From the NCBI GenBank assembly GCA_023213395.1, contig CM041465.1, forward strand, positions 189,479,741 through 189,543,740: 64,000 bases of DNA, read 5' to 3'. Below the pieces are notes generated by a model, which ran no database searches, was not told where the DNA came from, and was given only the letters and a program-made list of their open reading frames with translations. Positions 1 through 12,099 of the stretch are shown here, piece after piece. Each line of letters starts with the position of its first letter. Position 1 is the first letter of the stretch. This stretch comes from Cycas panzhihuaensis (Eukaryota; Plantae; Cycadophyta). A program made the position numbers and the translations under genes.

Positions 1-869
1 TCCACTTCACATGCTTGGTTATCAAGATCCATTCTATTTGGAGACTTATACCATGATTTCCTCATCATAGCATTATTAGTTTGATCTTTTGTGTGAGGAA
101 TATGAGTCAATTCAAGTCAAGCCTTCACCTAATACTATTTGATCTCCCCATCCTTCCTACCCTCCTTCACTAAGACCTTCATCAAGACCACAAGTCCCAC
201 CATTCCCCTTCTAGGCAATAAGTTTGGATTCACTCTCCTCACACTGTACTTTCTACACATGAAAGAACTACTATCGTTCCTGCCCATGCTAATCCTAATC
301 CTTCTTATGTGCCTACTTCTAGTCAAGTGGTTTTGCCTTTACTAAGCCTACGACCTATCTATTCCTATGCTACTAGAGTTGCCTCCTCTCATCCTATCTC
401 TTCCATGACTTAATTTCCACTTTATACATCACACACAACTTTGCCTTAGGGTATTAAACCTTGCCCACCTTCCCCTAGAGTATCTAATGTGGCACCTTCT
501 TCTCAATACATTTCCTACACATGTTCCATCTAATCTCATGCTCTAATCAGTTTAATCACAATCCTTAAGAGTTCCCAATCCTACTTCTTCTTAACATATC
601 CTTAGACCTAATCCACAACCAATTCCTTTTCCTACTTCTAATCCAATCTTTCTATAACATTTAATGACTTAAACTAATTCTATGGTTAATCTCGAAGCTT
701 GGTGTAACCCCTTGCCTACTTTTCTATGCCATGTTATTTCCTAATAACAACAACAATTATAACAACATGTTCCTTCACCTACTCCATATCCCTCATCCTT
801 GCCTCAACATTCTACTACATTAAGGCCAAGGAGACCTTTCCTTGATTATATAAAATACACATTTCCACG

Positions 870-3800
870 CAAGGCTCTTTTATCTCCTATGACTCTTTTC
901 CTCCCTAAGTTGCCTAAATTCTTCAATGACTCTTCTTAGGATCCCACTTCCCATATATATGCATTTACACTTACTTGTGTGGATTTCATGCTATATGATT
1001 ATTTCATGATGTGCTTGTTCTCTAAATCACTCTAAGGTGATACCTTCAACTAGTTTTACCATCTTTCTTTAACGTTTATCTTCTCATTCTAATAATTAGT
1101 TGATTATTTTATAAACTATTTTGATGGAGTGAGACCATTTGAATTAGGTATCAAATCCTTTTTAGCCATTAAGTAGAATCATGATGAGACCTCAAGAGAC
1201 TTTGTTAGAAGATTTCAAGACCAGGTACATGCTTTCCATTCATGTCTTGATCCTAGTCTACTATTTGATCTATTTACCAATGCTTTATGGCTACATGTAT
1301 ACCTTGAAGTTCTAAAACTTAGCCCTCAAACTTATGAAGAAGTTGTTAATCGTTGCTTAGATTTAGAAATGTTTAAGATTTAAGCAGGTATGAAGAAGGT
1401 TGGGAAACCTATTCCTTCAAAGAAATGGTTCAAGTAACAAAGGCTTTCCATCTTAAACCCACTTATAATCACCTGACTTCTTCTATCAGATCATTAAAGT
1501 ATATAATTAAAACTAAGTTGTGTGTTGATGGTCCTTCTTAAAGCTAGCCTTTACAGGAGACTAAAGTTATTCATCTTACTGAAGGAAAAAAGAACCAAGA
1601 TCCTCCTCCCCCTCCTTCTTCCTTTAGAAAGATGAAGTGGTGCTTGTATCATAAAATTAATGCCCACAATAGACATGAGTATCATACAATTCAAAATACA
1701 ACCCAAAATACAAGTGTCCAACTAAATCACTCCTCTAAGTCATCTCAAGATAAAATGATCCATAGGGACCCATTGCCATAGCATAACGAGAAAGTAAATA
1801 AAGATGATAAAGGAAAGGAAAAGTAGGTTCAAGATGATGAATGTGACTCTTCAAGTTCTAATTCATCAAAGAAGACTACCACTCCTCTAAACCCTTCAAT
1901 ATAATAAACTAGCAAGCAATCTTGCCTACCTCCTAAAGGTGGTGACACCAAGAGAATGATAAGTATGGTGGAGATAATAAAGAGTGTAGGTCTATCTAAA
2001 TCATCTGATAATTTGATGGCGAGGAATCATAACTCTTTACCTCTAGTACCCACATGTCCTATGAGGTTTAGGTTTATTCCCTTTATTATAAAGGATGGGT
2101 CATTCTCTTTGGTTGAGGAATTAAAGACCATTCTAGCAGGTATTTTAATTATTAATTTTCTAAAGTGTTTCCCTAAGTAATGTAAGCTATTATTTGATGC
2201 ACTAGGAGTTCTTACCATAGTTTCTTCATTTGCCTATATGCTTTCCTTTGACCTGGCTACCTTGTCTAGTTATTCTGCTCATGCGTTAAATGACATATCT
2301 CTATTCTATATCAAAATTATAAAGGACAGCATTAATATTAAACAAGTATTATTGATGAGGGATCATCTATCAATGTAATCCCTCTTTGCCTTATTAAGGA
2401 TTTGGAGATCTCAATTTTTGACCCATATGAATGGATTTTCCAGGGATACAACAAGAATCAAAAGGTACACCTAAGTCAAGTCACTCTTCCTCCGACATTA
2501 GAAGAAAAGACAATCCTAACTAAATTAACCATCGTCGATCTTGACTTAAAGTATAACATTCTTTTAGGTATACCCTGGATTACCCAAATACCAATGGTTT
2601 GTTCTTCCCTCTTTGGTGAACTTAGGTTCATCCATGAAGGGAAATTAAAAATGTTAAAGCAAAAACTAAGGCCTATCAAATAGTTAGTCCCTCTTGTTGA
2701 GACTTTCTATGAACCTAGTGAATCATTAAATTCTTTTGAGTACTTCTTTGAATCACTTAGCCTATTTCCATACTTTACCATCAAAGCTCTTTCTACTCAT
2801 CCAGAAGTAAAGGATTTGGAGTTGGTTGAGATTGTTCCTTCATCATCAAGTTCCTTATCTATTCCTTCTACTTTGGGATTGACTGATTAGTCTTTGGTTT
2901 CCTCTTCTACTCTCAATGAAGAAGTAACTCTTCATTCTATCATATCATATGGGGGACCACCTATGAGTAGAATTATTAATACAAATACTTCCCCTCCTAT
3001 TCAGACCTACTTCTCATAGGTTTTGTGTTTACCCTTAGGGGTAAATATTATGATTCCTTCTATTAGTAATCCTTCACTAAGTACTTATTCAACTTCAATT
3101 ACTCATGATTTGTGTGTTGATGCTTCTCTATTCTTCTCTTGGTCTTCTTTCTTTATGACATGGTTGAATAGACATGAGAAGAAAATATTGTTGCATCAAC
3201 ATCTAAACTTAGAATTAGGGGGTGAATATATTATTTCACTTAATATAGGTCAAAGTAATCAAAATACCTCTACTAAAATATAAGAAGTTAGTTTGATCTC
3301 TACTATTTCTTTTCGTTCTTATCCTCCCATCAATTCTTCCCCATCCTCTCTTATCCTAATGTCTTTGTCTGACCCATAATGTTATAAGTATCATTGAGAA
3401 TTTAATCAAATCTTTACTTCAACTTAAGAGTTTCTTGATAGGCCTATTTTATTTTCTCATGTATCTTCAATCATTGAGTTTGTTCCCACTTGTCCAAACT
3501 CTTCGGTTAATTTCCTTTCATCTCTTAGGCATCTCTCTTCATTTACTAATCTACCTAGGAATCTCCTCCTCATCAATCTTTTTCACTTAGATAATTTTAA
3601 GAATGATGGGTTGATTTTAGAGCATTTAATAGGTTCATCTCTTAGGCTTCCTGATGGGCATCACAGGTTGCACTTTTCAAAAGTAATATAATCTCATTAA
3701 CCATTAGTTAATCATTCCCAACCTTAGTAGTTAATTCCCTTAATAGAACCTACTCCTCCTCATTTTGAAAAGGGAAATACGATGGCTTATGAAGTAGATT

Positions 3801-6465
3801 ATTGATGTAGAACCTAGAGATAAGAGATACTCCTAGAATTATTAAGCTATAAGCTAGTTGTACTCCCAAAGAGATCACTCAATTTAAGGATCTCTTTTGT
3901 CAATTTCACTTAATTTTTTCTTAGCACTATAAAGATATACATAGTCTTAGTCCCTAAGTTGTCAAACATAATATCATACTAACCCTTGGTATCAAACCTA
4001 AGTGGAAAAAATAATGTCCTATCCATCTATGTCTTTCCCTTGTTATTAAATAAGAAGTACAAAAGCTGTTAGGAGCTACATTTATTGAGAGTGTTGATTA
4101 TTCTCAATGGGTCTCTAACATAGTTCCTGTAGCAAAGAAAAATGGTTCAATGAGCATACCCTAAAGATAACTTTCCTCTACCTTTTCTTGATCAAATTTA
4201 GGACCAGATGACCAACTTTGAGGTGATGTCTCTTATGGATGGCTTTTCAGGTTATAATCATATCTCCATCTTAGTTCACGATCATCACAAGACTACTTTC
4301 ACCACTCCTTAGGGTACTTTTATGTATAAAGTCATGCTATTTGGGTAGAAGAATGATAGTTTAACATATCAAAGAGCTATAGTACGTATTTTTCATGACT
4401 TAATTAGTAACATCATTGCCATGTACTTAGATGATATGCTTACTTTATCTCATAGAAAATGCGATCATCTACATGACCTTAGAATGATCTTTGAAATGTG
4501 TAAGAAATATTGCTCATGCCTTAATTCCTCCAAATGTGTTTTTACCTTCTCCTAAGAGCTAGAAGTAGATTAAGTCTTTTATAGGTAGATTTGATTTCTT
4601 AAGGCATTTTATTACTAATTTCTCTTTAGATGCCAAGCCTATCATAAATCTTTTAAAGAAAGATGTTGAGTTATAATGGACTCCTCAAGTTCAAGAGTCC
4701 TTCGATAAGCTAGAGTAAGCCTTGTTTTCAACACCTATTCTTGCTCCCTTAAGGTTTGATAAACCTTTCATTTTGTACACTTTAGCTACAAAGGAATTAT
4801 TAGTAGGAATGTTAGTATAAGAGGACAACTTCAATAAAGAATGAGCTATCTATTTCATTAGTAGGACCCTAGTGGTTATTGAACTATATTATTCTTTTCC
4901 TAAAAAGGGTTATCTTGCTTTGATTTTCACTACTAAGAAGTTATGCTACTACCTCCTCAGGAATAAAGTCCACCTCATTATTCCATTAAATCCTATAAGA
5001 TACTTGCTTATTAAACCTAATCTCACTAGAGGATTAGGTAAGTGGTCTTTGTTACTTCAAGAGTTTGATTTATAAGTGGTTAATATAAAATCTAAGAAAG
5101 GCATGATCATCCCATAGATTATGGATGATGCTCCTCTTCCTAACCTTTCTAGTTAACCTGTCGATGATTCTTTCCCAAATGAGCACATCCTCTATATCCA
5201 GGTCATCCTTTCTAATGATCCATGTATAGAGAGATAAGGTCATACCTGCACAATAAATCTTTCCCTTCTCTTTCTACTTTAAATAAACGAAAATGAATTT
5301 GAGTTGCTACTAGGTAATACCTTTTCCTTGATAATGTACTCTATAAATGCTCTTTTGATAGAATCTTGTTAAGATGCCTCTCTCCTGATGAAACATTAGT
5401 TACCTGAACAGAATCCCATGAAGGAATATGTAGCGGATATTTTGGTGGCTGATCCATGGCCTAACACATTCTTCATATGGGCTATTATTAGCCTATTTTG
5501 TTTAAAGATGCTCATTTTTATATCCAAAAATTCTAAAAATATTAATCTCATGTAACATTGATACATAAGCCTATGCAAGAAATGAAGTCAATAGTTCCAC
5601 CTTAGCCTTTTTCCCAATGGGGTCTCAATCTCATTAGTTAGATCTTTTTAATATCATCTAATAGGTAGAAGTTTATAATAATTGAAATTGAATACTTCAC
5701 AAAATAGAGTAAAGCTATCCTATTAGTTACTAGTACTGGAAAGATTATTGCCATATTTGTATTCCAACATATTATTTATAGATTCAAGGTATAAGACATC
5801 ATTGTTACTAATAACGAGACTTCATTCAGTAATCGCTATGTTAGTGAACTATGTAACAAATTTCATATCACTCATAGGCTATCCACCCCTTATCACCCTC
5901 AAGCAAATGGCTAGGTAGAAGAAATTAATAAGATCTTAGCTAAAATTTTAGCTAAAATGGTTACTATATCTTATGGGGATTGGCATGCTCAATTATTTCT
6001 AGCATTATGGGCCTATAGGACCTCCATTAGGAATGCCATAGGTATAACACCATTTTCCCTTATTTATGGTGTTGAGGTTATCCTCCTATTAGAGGTTGAA
6101 ATCCCCTCTTTACATGTCTCATCGAAGGAATTTACTAATAAAGACTTCTAAAGAGAAGCACGTCTCTTGGAACTAGAGAAATTAGATGAGACTTATTTAC
6201 AAGCTTTACAGAATAATATGGCGTCCAAGGCTAGAGTTCAGGCTACTCATGATAGGCAGCTTAGACCTAAGAGAGTCAACATTGGAGATAAGGTGTTAAA
6301 ATTAGAGTATTTGCACAATAAGCAACATAAGTTCTCTCCTAAATAAATAGGTCCTTTTTTAGTAATTGAAGACTTAAATAATGGGGCTTATCAAATTTCG
6401 ATAATAGTAGGTCTAAAATTGAAAAGGCCTAACAATTCTCAATATTTGAGAAAATTATATGCCTA
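870..6465 (+). pseudogene. gag-pol of element A (many stops and frameshifts)
   Basis: gag 'LPKF..DPTSHIYAF..CLFSKSL' ~900-1400; CCHC-like 'WCLYHKINAH' ~1640; protease 'LIDEGSSINVIP'/'YNILLGIPWI' 2350-2600; RT 'MDGFSGYNHI' ~4235 and 'YLDD' 4424-4435; RH 4740-5075; INT 'STPYHPQANG', 'ALWAYRTSIR' 5880-6030. Confidence 0.93.
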
Positions 6466-7547
6466 GTATCACTCATCATCACCTCTATAAGAAGGGTAAA
6501 CTATGGCTTTGAACCTCTTTCTTTGCCTAATAAGTTGAAACTATGGGCAATTTCTTTTGTAGTCTTCTCTTATTTTCTTGTGAGTTTTATTTTTCTTTCA
6601 TTGAAGGTTCTACTCTTGATCATATAAGTCTTTTACTCTTTCTAGTATCCATGTTGATTGTGAGCACTCTCCCACAATATTTTGATCTCATTCTCTTTTA
6701 AGTTCCATACTCTAAAGAGAATTTAGGCCCCCAACTCTATCATTTTTTCATCCCTAAAAGAGAAACACTTCTGTTAACTTCAAATACTTTATTATTGGTT
6801 GAGATTATATTTTCATCTACTAGTAATTTACCTTGAGGATTCCTTCTTGGTCATATATCACTTATTTTTGTTTGATTGTTTTTATTATCCTTGGTTCACT
6901 CTATCTATCTTTTGAAATAAATACTTATTCTGCCACCTTCCCTTTATGTTTGGAGACACCATAATTTTGATCTTCTTTCTTTTCCAATGGTTCAATCCTT
7001 AAGGAGATTAGTCTCATTTCTTCTAAATTTTATTAAAAAGGATAGATCCTTGCAATATTGAGTAAAAGAATTTCATAATTGGATGATTATAATTCTCTTT
7101 TTATTAAAAAAAGAAAAAGAAAAAGATAAAAGTAAAAAAAAAAACAAAGGGAAAAGTAAGTGAAAAGAAGAAAGAAATAAACAAATAAATGAAAAAGAAA
7201 AAAAAAAGAAGGAAAATGGATAAAAGAAAGTATATTATTATCATCCTCTTATAATCTAAGTCAAGTCCCATAAAGTGCTTCATCCCCATCTATCTATTTG
7301 TAGGTTGGGTTTATTTGGATGAGTCATTCAAGATTTTTAGATCTAGTTGTTTGGGTCCATCATGGCCTTAATTATGATTGAACCCTATTTGACACCCTTG
7401 CTAGTATCATAATCAATCCAATTATGATTCTTCTTTTTCTTCACCATAGTCATAATTAATTTCATTCATTACCATCTTCTTATTGATTAATTTATGCACT
7501 TTCTTTTATTGATCACACTGTCTCCAAACTTTGGTTCTATTTATCCC

Positions 7548-7950
7548 ATGGCATTGAGTATCTTCACTAATGTACATAGTAGAGGTAACTCAGGATTGTC
7601 TGCTTCTGCTTGGGTGATTTATGACTAATTAGGAAGTCCTCTATTTTCCATGGGATCTTTCATACCTAGGAAAACTAACAATGAATCCAAGTATCTTACT
7701 ATTATAGGATCTTTATCTGATATCTCTCACTTTTACCTTAGATCCATTATTATATATATTAAGTCTTAGGTTGTAGTGTATTAGTTAGTTGGGATGTATT
7801 AGGTTTACTTGCCATGACTCCTTCTCCTTCATCATCAAGCTTCATCATTGTTATCCCTCTTTTCTTTAGTTACCATCAAATATCTCCCCTGTTCTCTTAA
7901 TATTGAAGCTAATTCTCCTGTTTCCTCTATCTTGGATGATTATTTTCATT
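7548..7950 (+). pseudogene. Archaeal-type RNase H (aRH) ORF of the Tat element, downstream of integrase
   Basis: ATG at 7548: MALSIFTNVHSRGNSGLSASAWVIYD*LG...TNNESKY...KS*VVVY*LVGMY...YLPCSLNIEANS. Matches RNase HI motifs FTDGASRGNPG / TNNxAEY / DSQLVV / PRxxNxEAD. Confidence 0.85.
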
Positions 7951-7979
7951 AACTTTCATCTTTTTTCTAGGGGCACCGT

Positions 7980-8051
7980 ACTCCAAAATGAGTATAAACT
8001 TCCACTCTAAAACGAGTGTAAACTATCACTCCATAAAGAGTATGAACTATG
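7980..8051 (+). repeat. Three tandem ~24-bp hairpin-AAACTAY units
   Basis: actccaaaatgagtataaacttcc / actctaaaacgagtgtaaactatc / actccataaagagtatgaactatg. Confidence 0.85.
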
Positions 8052-8869
8052 GGTTTGGGAAGATAAAGATTTAAGTAGTCTCAAGATTAAGATAATAGGT
8101 GGAAGAGAAAAATAAAGTACTTGAAAGGGATAGACCCACGTGGGAATCTTAGGCCATAGAGGATCTTGGCAGCAGGCAAGTTCCTAAAAGCTTCTTATTC
8201 CTGGAAGGAGCCAATGAGGAATCTAGTATACTAACATAACTAGTCATTTATTAAGTGAGATTAATTTTTCATTTGATAAAAACATTGTTTTCTTCATGAT
8301 ATATTATATAAATATGGACTTTATTCTACATTTATATAATCTATTAGGAGTATGATGTGAGTTATGTGAGTTTCTCTTGAGATATTCATATTATTCCATC
8401 TTCTATTTTTATAAACCTCTTAACGTTTATTTTAGATGGTTTTATATTTGTAGAAATGGAATAAGTAAAACTTTCACTTACTCTATTTTATCTTTATTTG
8501 TTTTCTATTCTTCACTCCTTCTTATAATATTTTTCTTTTCATAACCACCTCACTCTAGAATGAGTATAAACTACCATATACATGTTATGATAAAAATCCA
8601 ATATATATATATATATATATATAAACTACAAAAGATTTAAAAAAAAAGAGAGAAAATGGTAAAATTACTATATGTTTCTTTGGACTATCACATAGGTGAA
8701 TGTATCTTATGCTTAATCTGAAAAGGGAAATAAGAGGGGAAAGGTTTAGAGTTAATCATTCATACACAAGTTTTTAAAAGAAAGTGATCAATATATACAT
8801 ATGTAACAAAAGATATAGTATATCTATCACCCATGTGACTCATAAGACATAGTTGAGGTTTATAAAATG

Positions 8870-10657
8870 CCTCTTATCTCCCTCCTATCTCCCTATACAA
8901 TACAAAATACACTCATATCTGTGATCCATGATGAGATCTCTCTAGATCACCTCCCTTTGCTCTCTCCCCTCTACCTAAAGTCTACCCATGTGTGGACTCT
9001 GTGTGAGGTGGAAGATCACATAATCCTTGCTATACAGTGGTACTTCTTGATGTTGTAACTTGTGCTCCTACCTAAGCCAATGTCATCCTATGTAGATGAT
9101 ATCTCTCAACCTCAGTTTCCATAAGCTCCACCTCTTACACTCTCAACTCTGCCCTGATATCCATATATAGGTCCTAAGCTTGTAGAGCATAGTTAAATTA
9201 TCCAATGCATCACTCCAACATGGTACAATCCACTATGTTCCATGATGGCACCCCCTTTGATATAGGAATATAGTGAAATATCAACTCCAACATCCTCCTC
9301 ACCTCCCTTAGAGTCATGATGTCATCATCTATCCAATGGAAACATGTAACTTATGATCAGTCTACTGGAATAAAAATCTTAAATGAAAAGGAAATATAAT
9401 TTAATACGAGAGAAATAAATTAAATTTCATACCTAATGGCTCACCTCCTCCTATCAACTCTTCTCTCATAGCCTCCTTAATTGATGGCATTCCCTCCCTT
9501 TATAGATCATGGGGAGCCTCCTCTCCTACCTTGCTCCCTCATCCTTTACCCTGCTCATCAACTGAGCCTAGCTTGATGCTTTGTATGGAGCCTCCTCTAC
9601 ACCTACCTGCTGCTCCACTTGCTCTCTTAAGCACTTGTTGACTCCATCCTCCTCCTCTGCTTATTGAGGCACCTCCCCCTCCTCATCATCCTATCTCACC
9701 ACTACCTCTACTATCTCTCCCACCTAGACCTCCTCCATCTCATCCTCTACCTCTCCATTGACTTGTGATAGGAGCCTTGCCTACTACTCCTCTCTCTATA
9801 GAATCTATCTCATTGTCACTCCACAGTGGTAGCTTGACATAAGCATTCTCTATGAGTTATCTCCTCATCTTCCTACTAAGGAGAGGATTATGTGTACTCC
9901 TAGCTATGATAACTAGTTTGTTATGGATCCTAGCTCTTATATACCACCTATTCATGCTTGGATCCATAACAGTCAACTCCCCTAGTGCTTCTCCTAGTCT
10001 CATTAGTGGAATGTGGTCATATAACTAGCATATCAAGATCAAACTATATGAAAATCCTCCTCTCCCTAGCCTCTTGATTCTCGATAACTAGTGGCATATG
10101 ATGTCTACTATGTACTATCCCCAGTTGATTTGGATCCCCTACTTACACCTCCTTACTACACATGTCCACTGAGTTATAACCCCTATGAAATTATGGGTCT
10201 TAACTATCTTTTATATGATGATCAATATGATGATCCTATATACTATAGGAATGCCTCCTACCATCTGTATAGCCTCTACTGATAACCATATAGGCTAATC
10301 TGATCTATATATCCTATCAAGTACTAATTACACACCATTTGGGACTCCTCATCTATCACTCTACTGAGTCTCACTTACTCAATATGCTAACTAACTCCTA
10401 GGATCCTCTTTATATCTCTCAAAGTGATCTCTATCTCTTCACCTTTGTACTTTAAAGGCATTATACCTTGGGATCTAGTAGTTGATTAGATCATGTAATA
10501 TCTTGTGCTCTATCACCAGCTGGGTCAATCTGCTTGCCTGTGAGAGTCCATAGGATGTCAGTATAGCCTATTCTGCCTCATCTAACTCACCAATAAACTC
10601 CCTAATATACATTCCTTTATTCTCTCTTATCTCCAATCTATCTAGGGCATGTATCAT
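8870..10657 (-). pseudogene. Antisense extra ORF of element A: plant mobile domain (PMD)-like protein with a low-complexity, purine-rich C-terminal half and a probable intron
   Basis: Minus strand from ATG 10657: MIHALDRLE...IEHKILHDLINY*IPRYNAFKV-GEEIEITLRDIKRILGV...QINWG*YIVDIICH*L...LILIC*LYDHIPLMR...PSMNRWY. Fits PMD motifs (W-x-P..F..GE.TITL.D..ILG; NWG; W.YEH.P; RW). 3' end approximate. Confidence 0.75.
9365..9432 (-). other. Putative 68-nt GT-AG intron in the antisense PMD ORF
   Basis: Minus strand AG|gtatgaaattt...aagatttttattccag|TAGA; AT/U-rich island between purine-rich coding-like flanks. Confidence 0.6.
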
Positions 10658-11125
10658 GTCATAAAAATCATATTAGTCCCTTAATTTTATTTTTAAAATT
10701 TTAATTTTAAAGTTTTTCTAAAGAAAAGTTAAAATGTGTGATCTTCTAACTAAAAACGTGATTTCATAGTAAAAAATGTGATTATAATATCAAAACATGA
10801 TTTCTTTCAATCGTTCCAAATTATACAATTGCATTTTTAACCTTGCTATCATGTTTTTCACTTGTTAATTGTGTTTTTAGTATAATGCCTATATTTTTTA
10901 CATTGTATTATTATATTCTTGAATAGAGAATTCAAAAAATAAAAAAAATAATAATTCTAACTTATTGGATACCTAACTTCCTACTCCATGCTACTAATGA
11001 TGACCTCTTAGAGCTAGTCCTTTATTACAATGAGCTCCTGATCACCCTAGAAATGAGAGAAAAAGCCTCTGGTTAACTTATTTTTCTATCTCTCTCTAGT
11101 CAAAATGAAATCCATTTCCTATCAA

Positions 11126-11375
11126 TGTTATAAACCTCTTAAGGAGTTAACTAACTAATTATTATATGAAAGATACCTCATGAATAGTTGTGACCTTATG
11201 TGAAAAGGATTTATTATGCACATATAAATATGTGCCTCAATTATATTGTTGAACATTCATTCATCTCTTATCAATCAATTATTTAGTCATTTGACTATAA
11301 ACTCTTTTAGTGAATTCTTGTGAGCTCTCTCATACTTTGGGTATTGTCATCAGGTTATGAATTGGGTTCGTAACA
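11126..11375 (+). repeat. 5' LTR of B
   Basis: About 17 substitutions plus 1 indel versus the 3' LTR by manual alignment (~93% identity). Confidence 0.95.
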
Positions 11376-12099
11376 ATTGGTATCAAAGTAATACAGTCCA
11401 AGAAAATTAAGAAACAAAGATTGACGACCAAAATTCTGACGAAACCCCTCAAAGTGGGTACTTGTTTTAATCGTCACGTCATGATCTATCCACCTATAAA
11501 ATTTGGGAGAAATTGGATTCTTCTGTAGTGAGAAAAACCCTTTCAAAATTATAAAAAAATTGTCTTATGTAAAGTTGCACACTAGTTAATGTAAGGATAT
11601 TCTAAGGAATATTCCCTTTTCAATTATTTTGCAACATTAGGAAAAGGGCACGTCATTTTGTTTTGACCATAACTTGAGCATACGGTGTCTATTTTTCAAA
11701 AAATTTATATGGCCAAAAAGCTAATTTTGAGAACTATCTATTAGTGGTATTATTTCTTGGATTTGAAGTCTTTCTAATTAAGTTTAAGCTATTGAAGTTA
11801 ACCTTAAAAAGTATATAATATTAAGCATATTTTATTGAAGAAGGAAAAAAAAAAATTATTAAACTTCATACTCCTTTATGTATATTGACCAATATACTAG
11901 GGAGTTAATGCAATTTAATACTTGTGCTTAATAACATTCATTAATCATGATTGGGTTATGAAGTTGTTCTGTGATAGCCATTCCACCCATACAATTAATT
12001 AAATCTCTTGGGAATTGGGTGGTTAATCAGACTTGTTTTCTATATACCAGAATAACTAGTCTGTGGGCCTTAAGTGGTGTGAAATGAAGATAAAGTAGG

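Noticed and set aside
7104-7289. Phe/Lys-rich ORFs (also 24951-25163, 60803-61135)
   Set aside because: Products of poly-A/T low-complexity tracts
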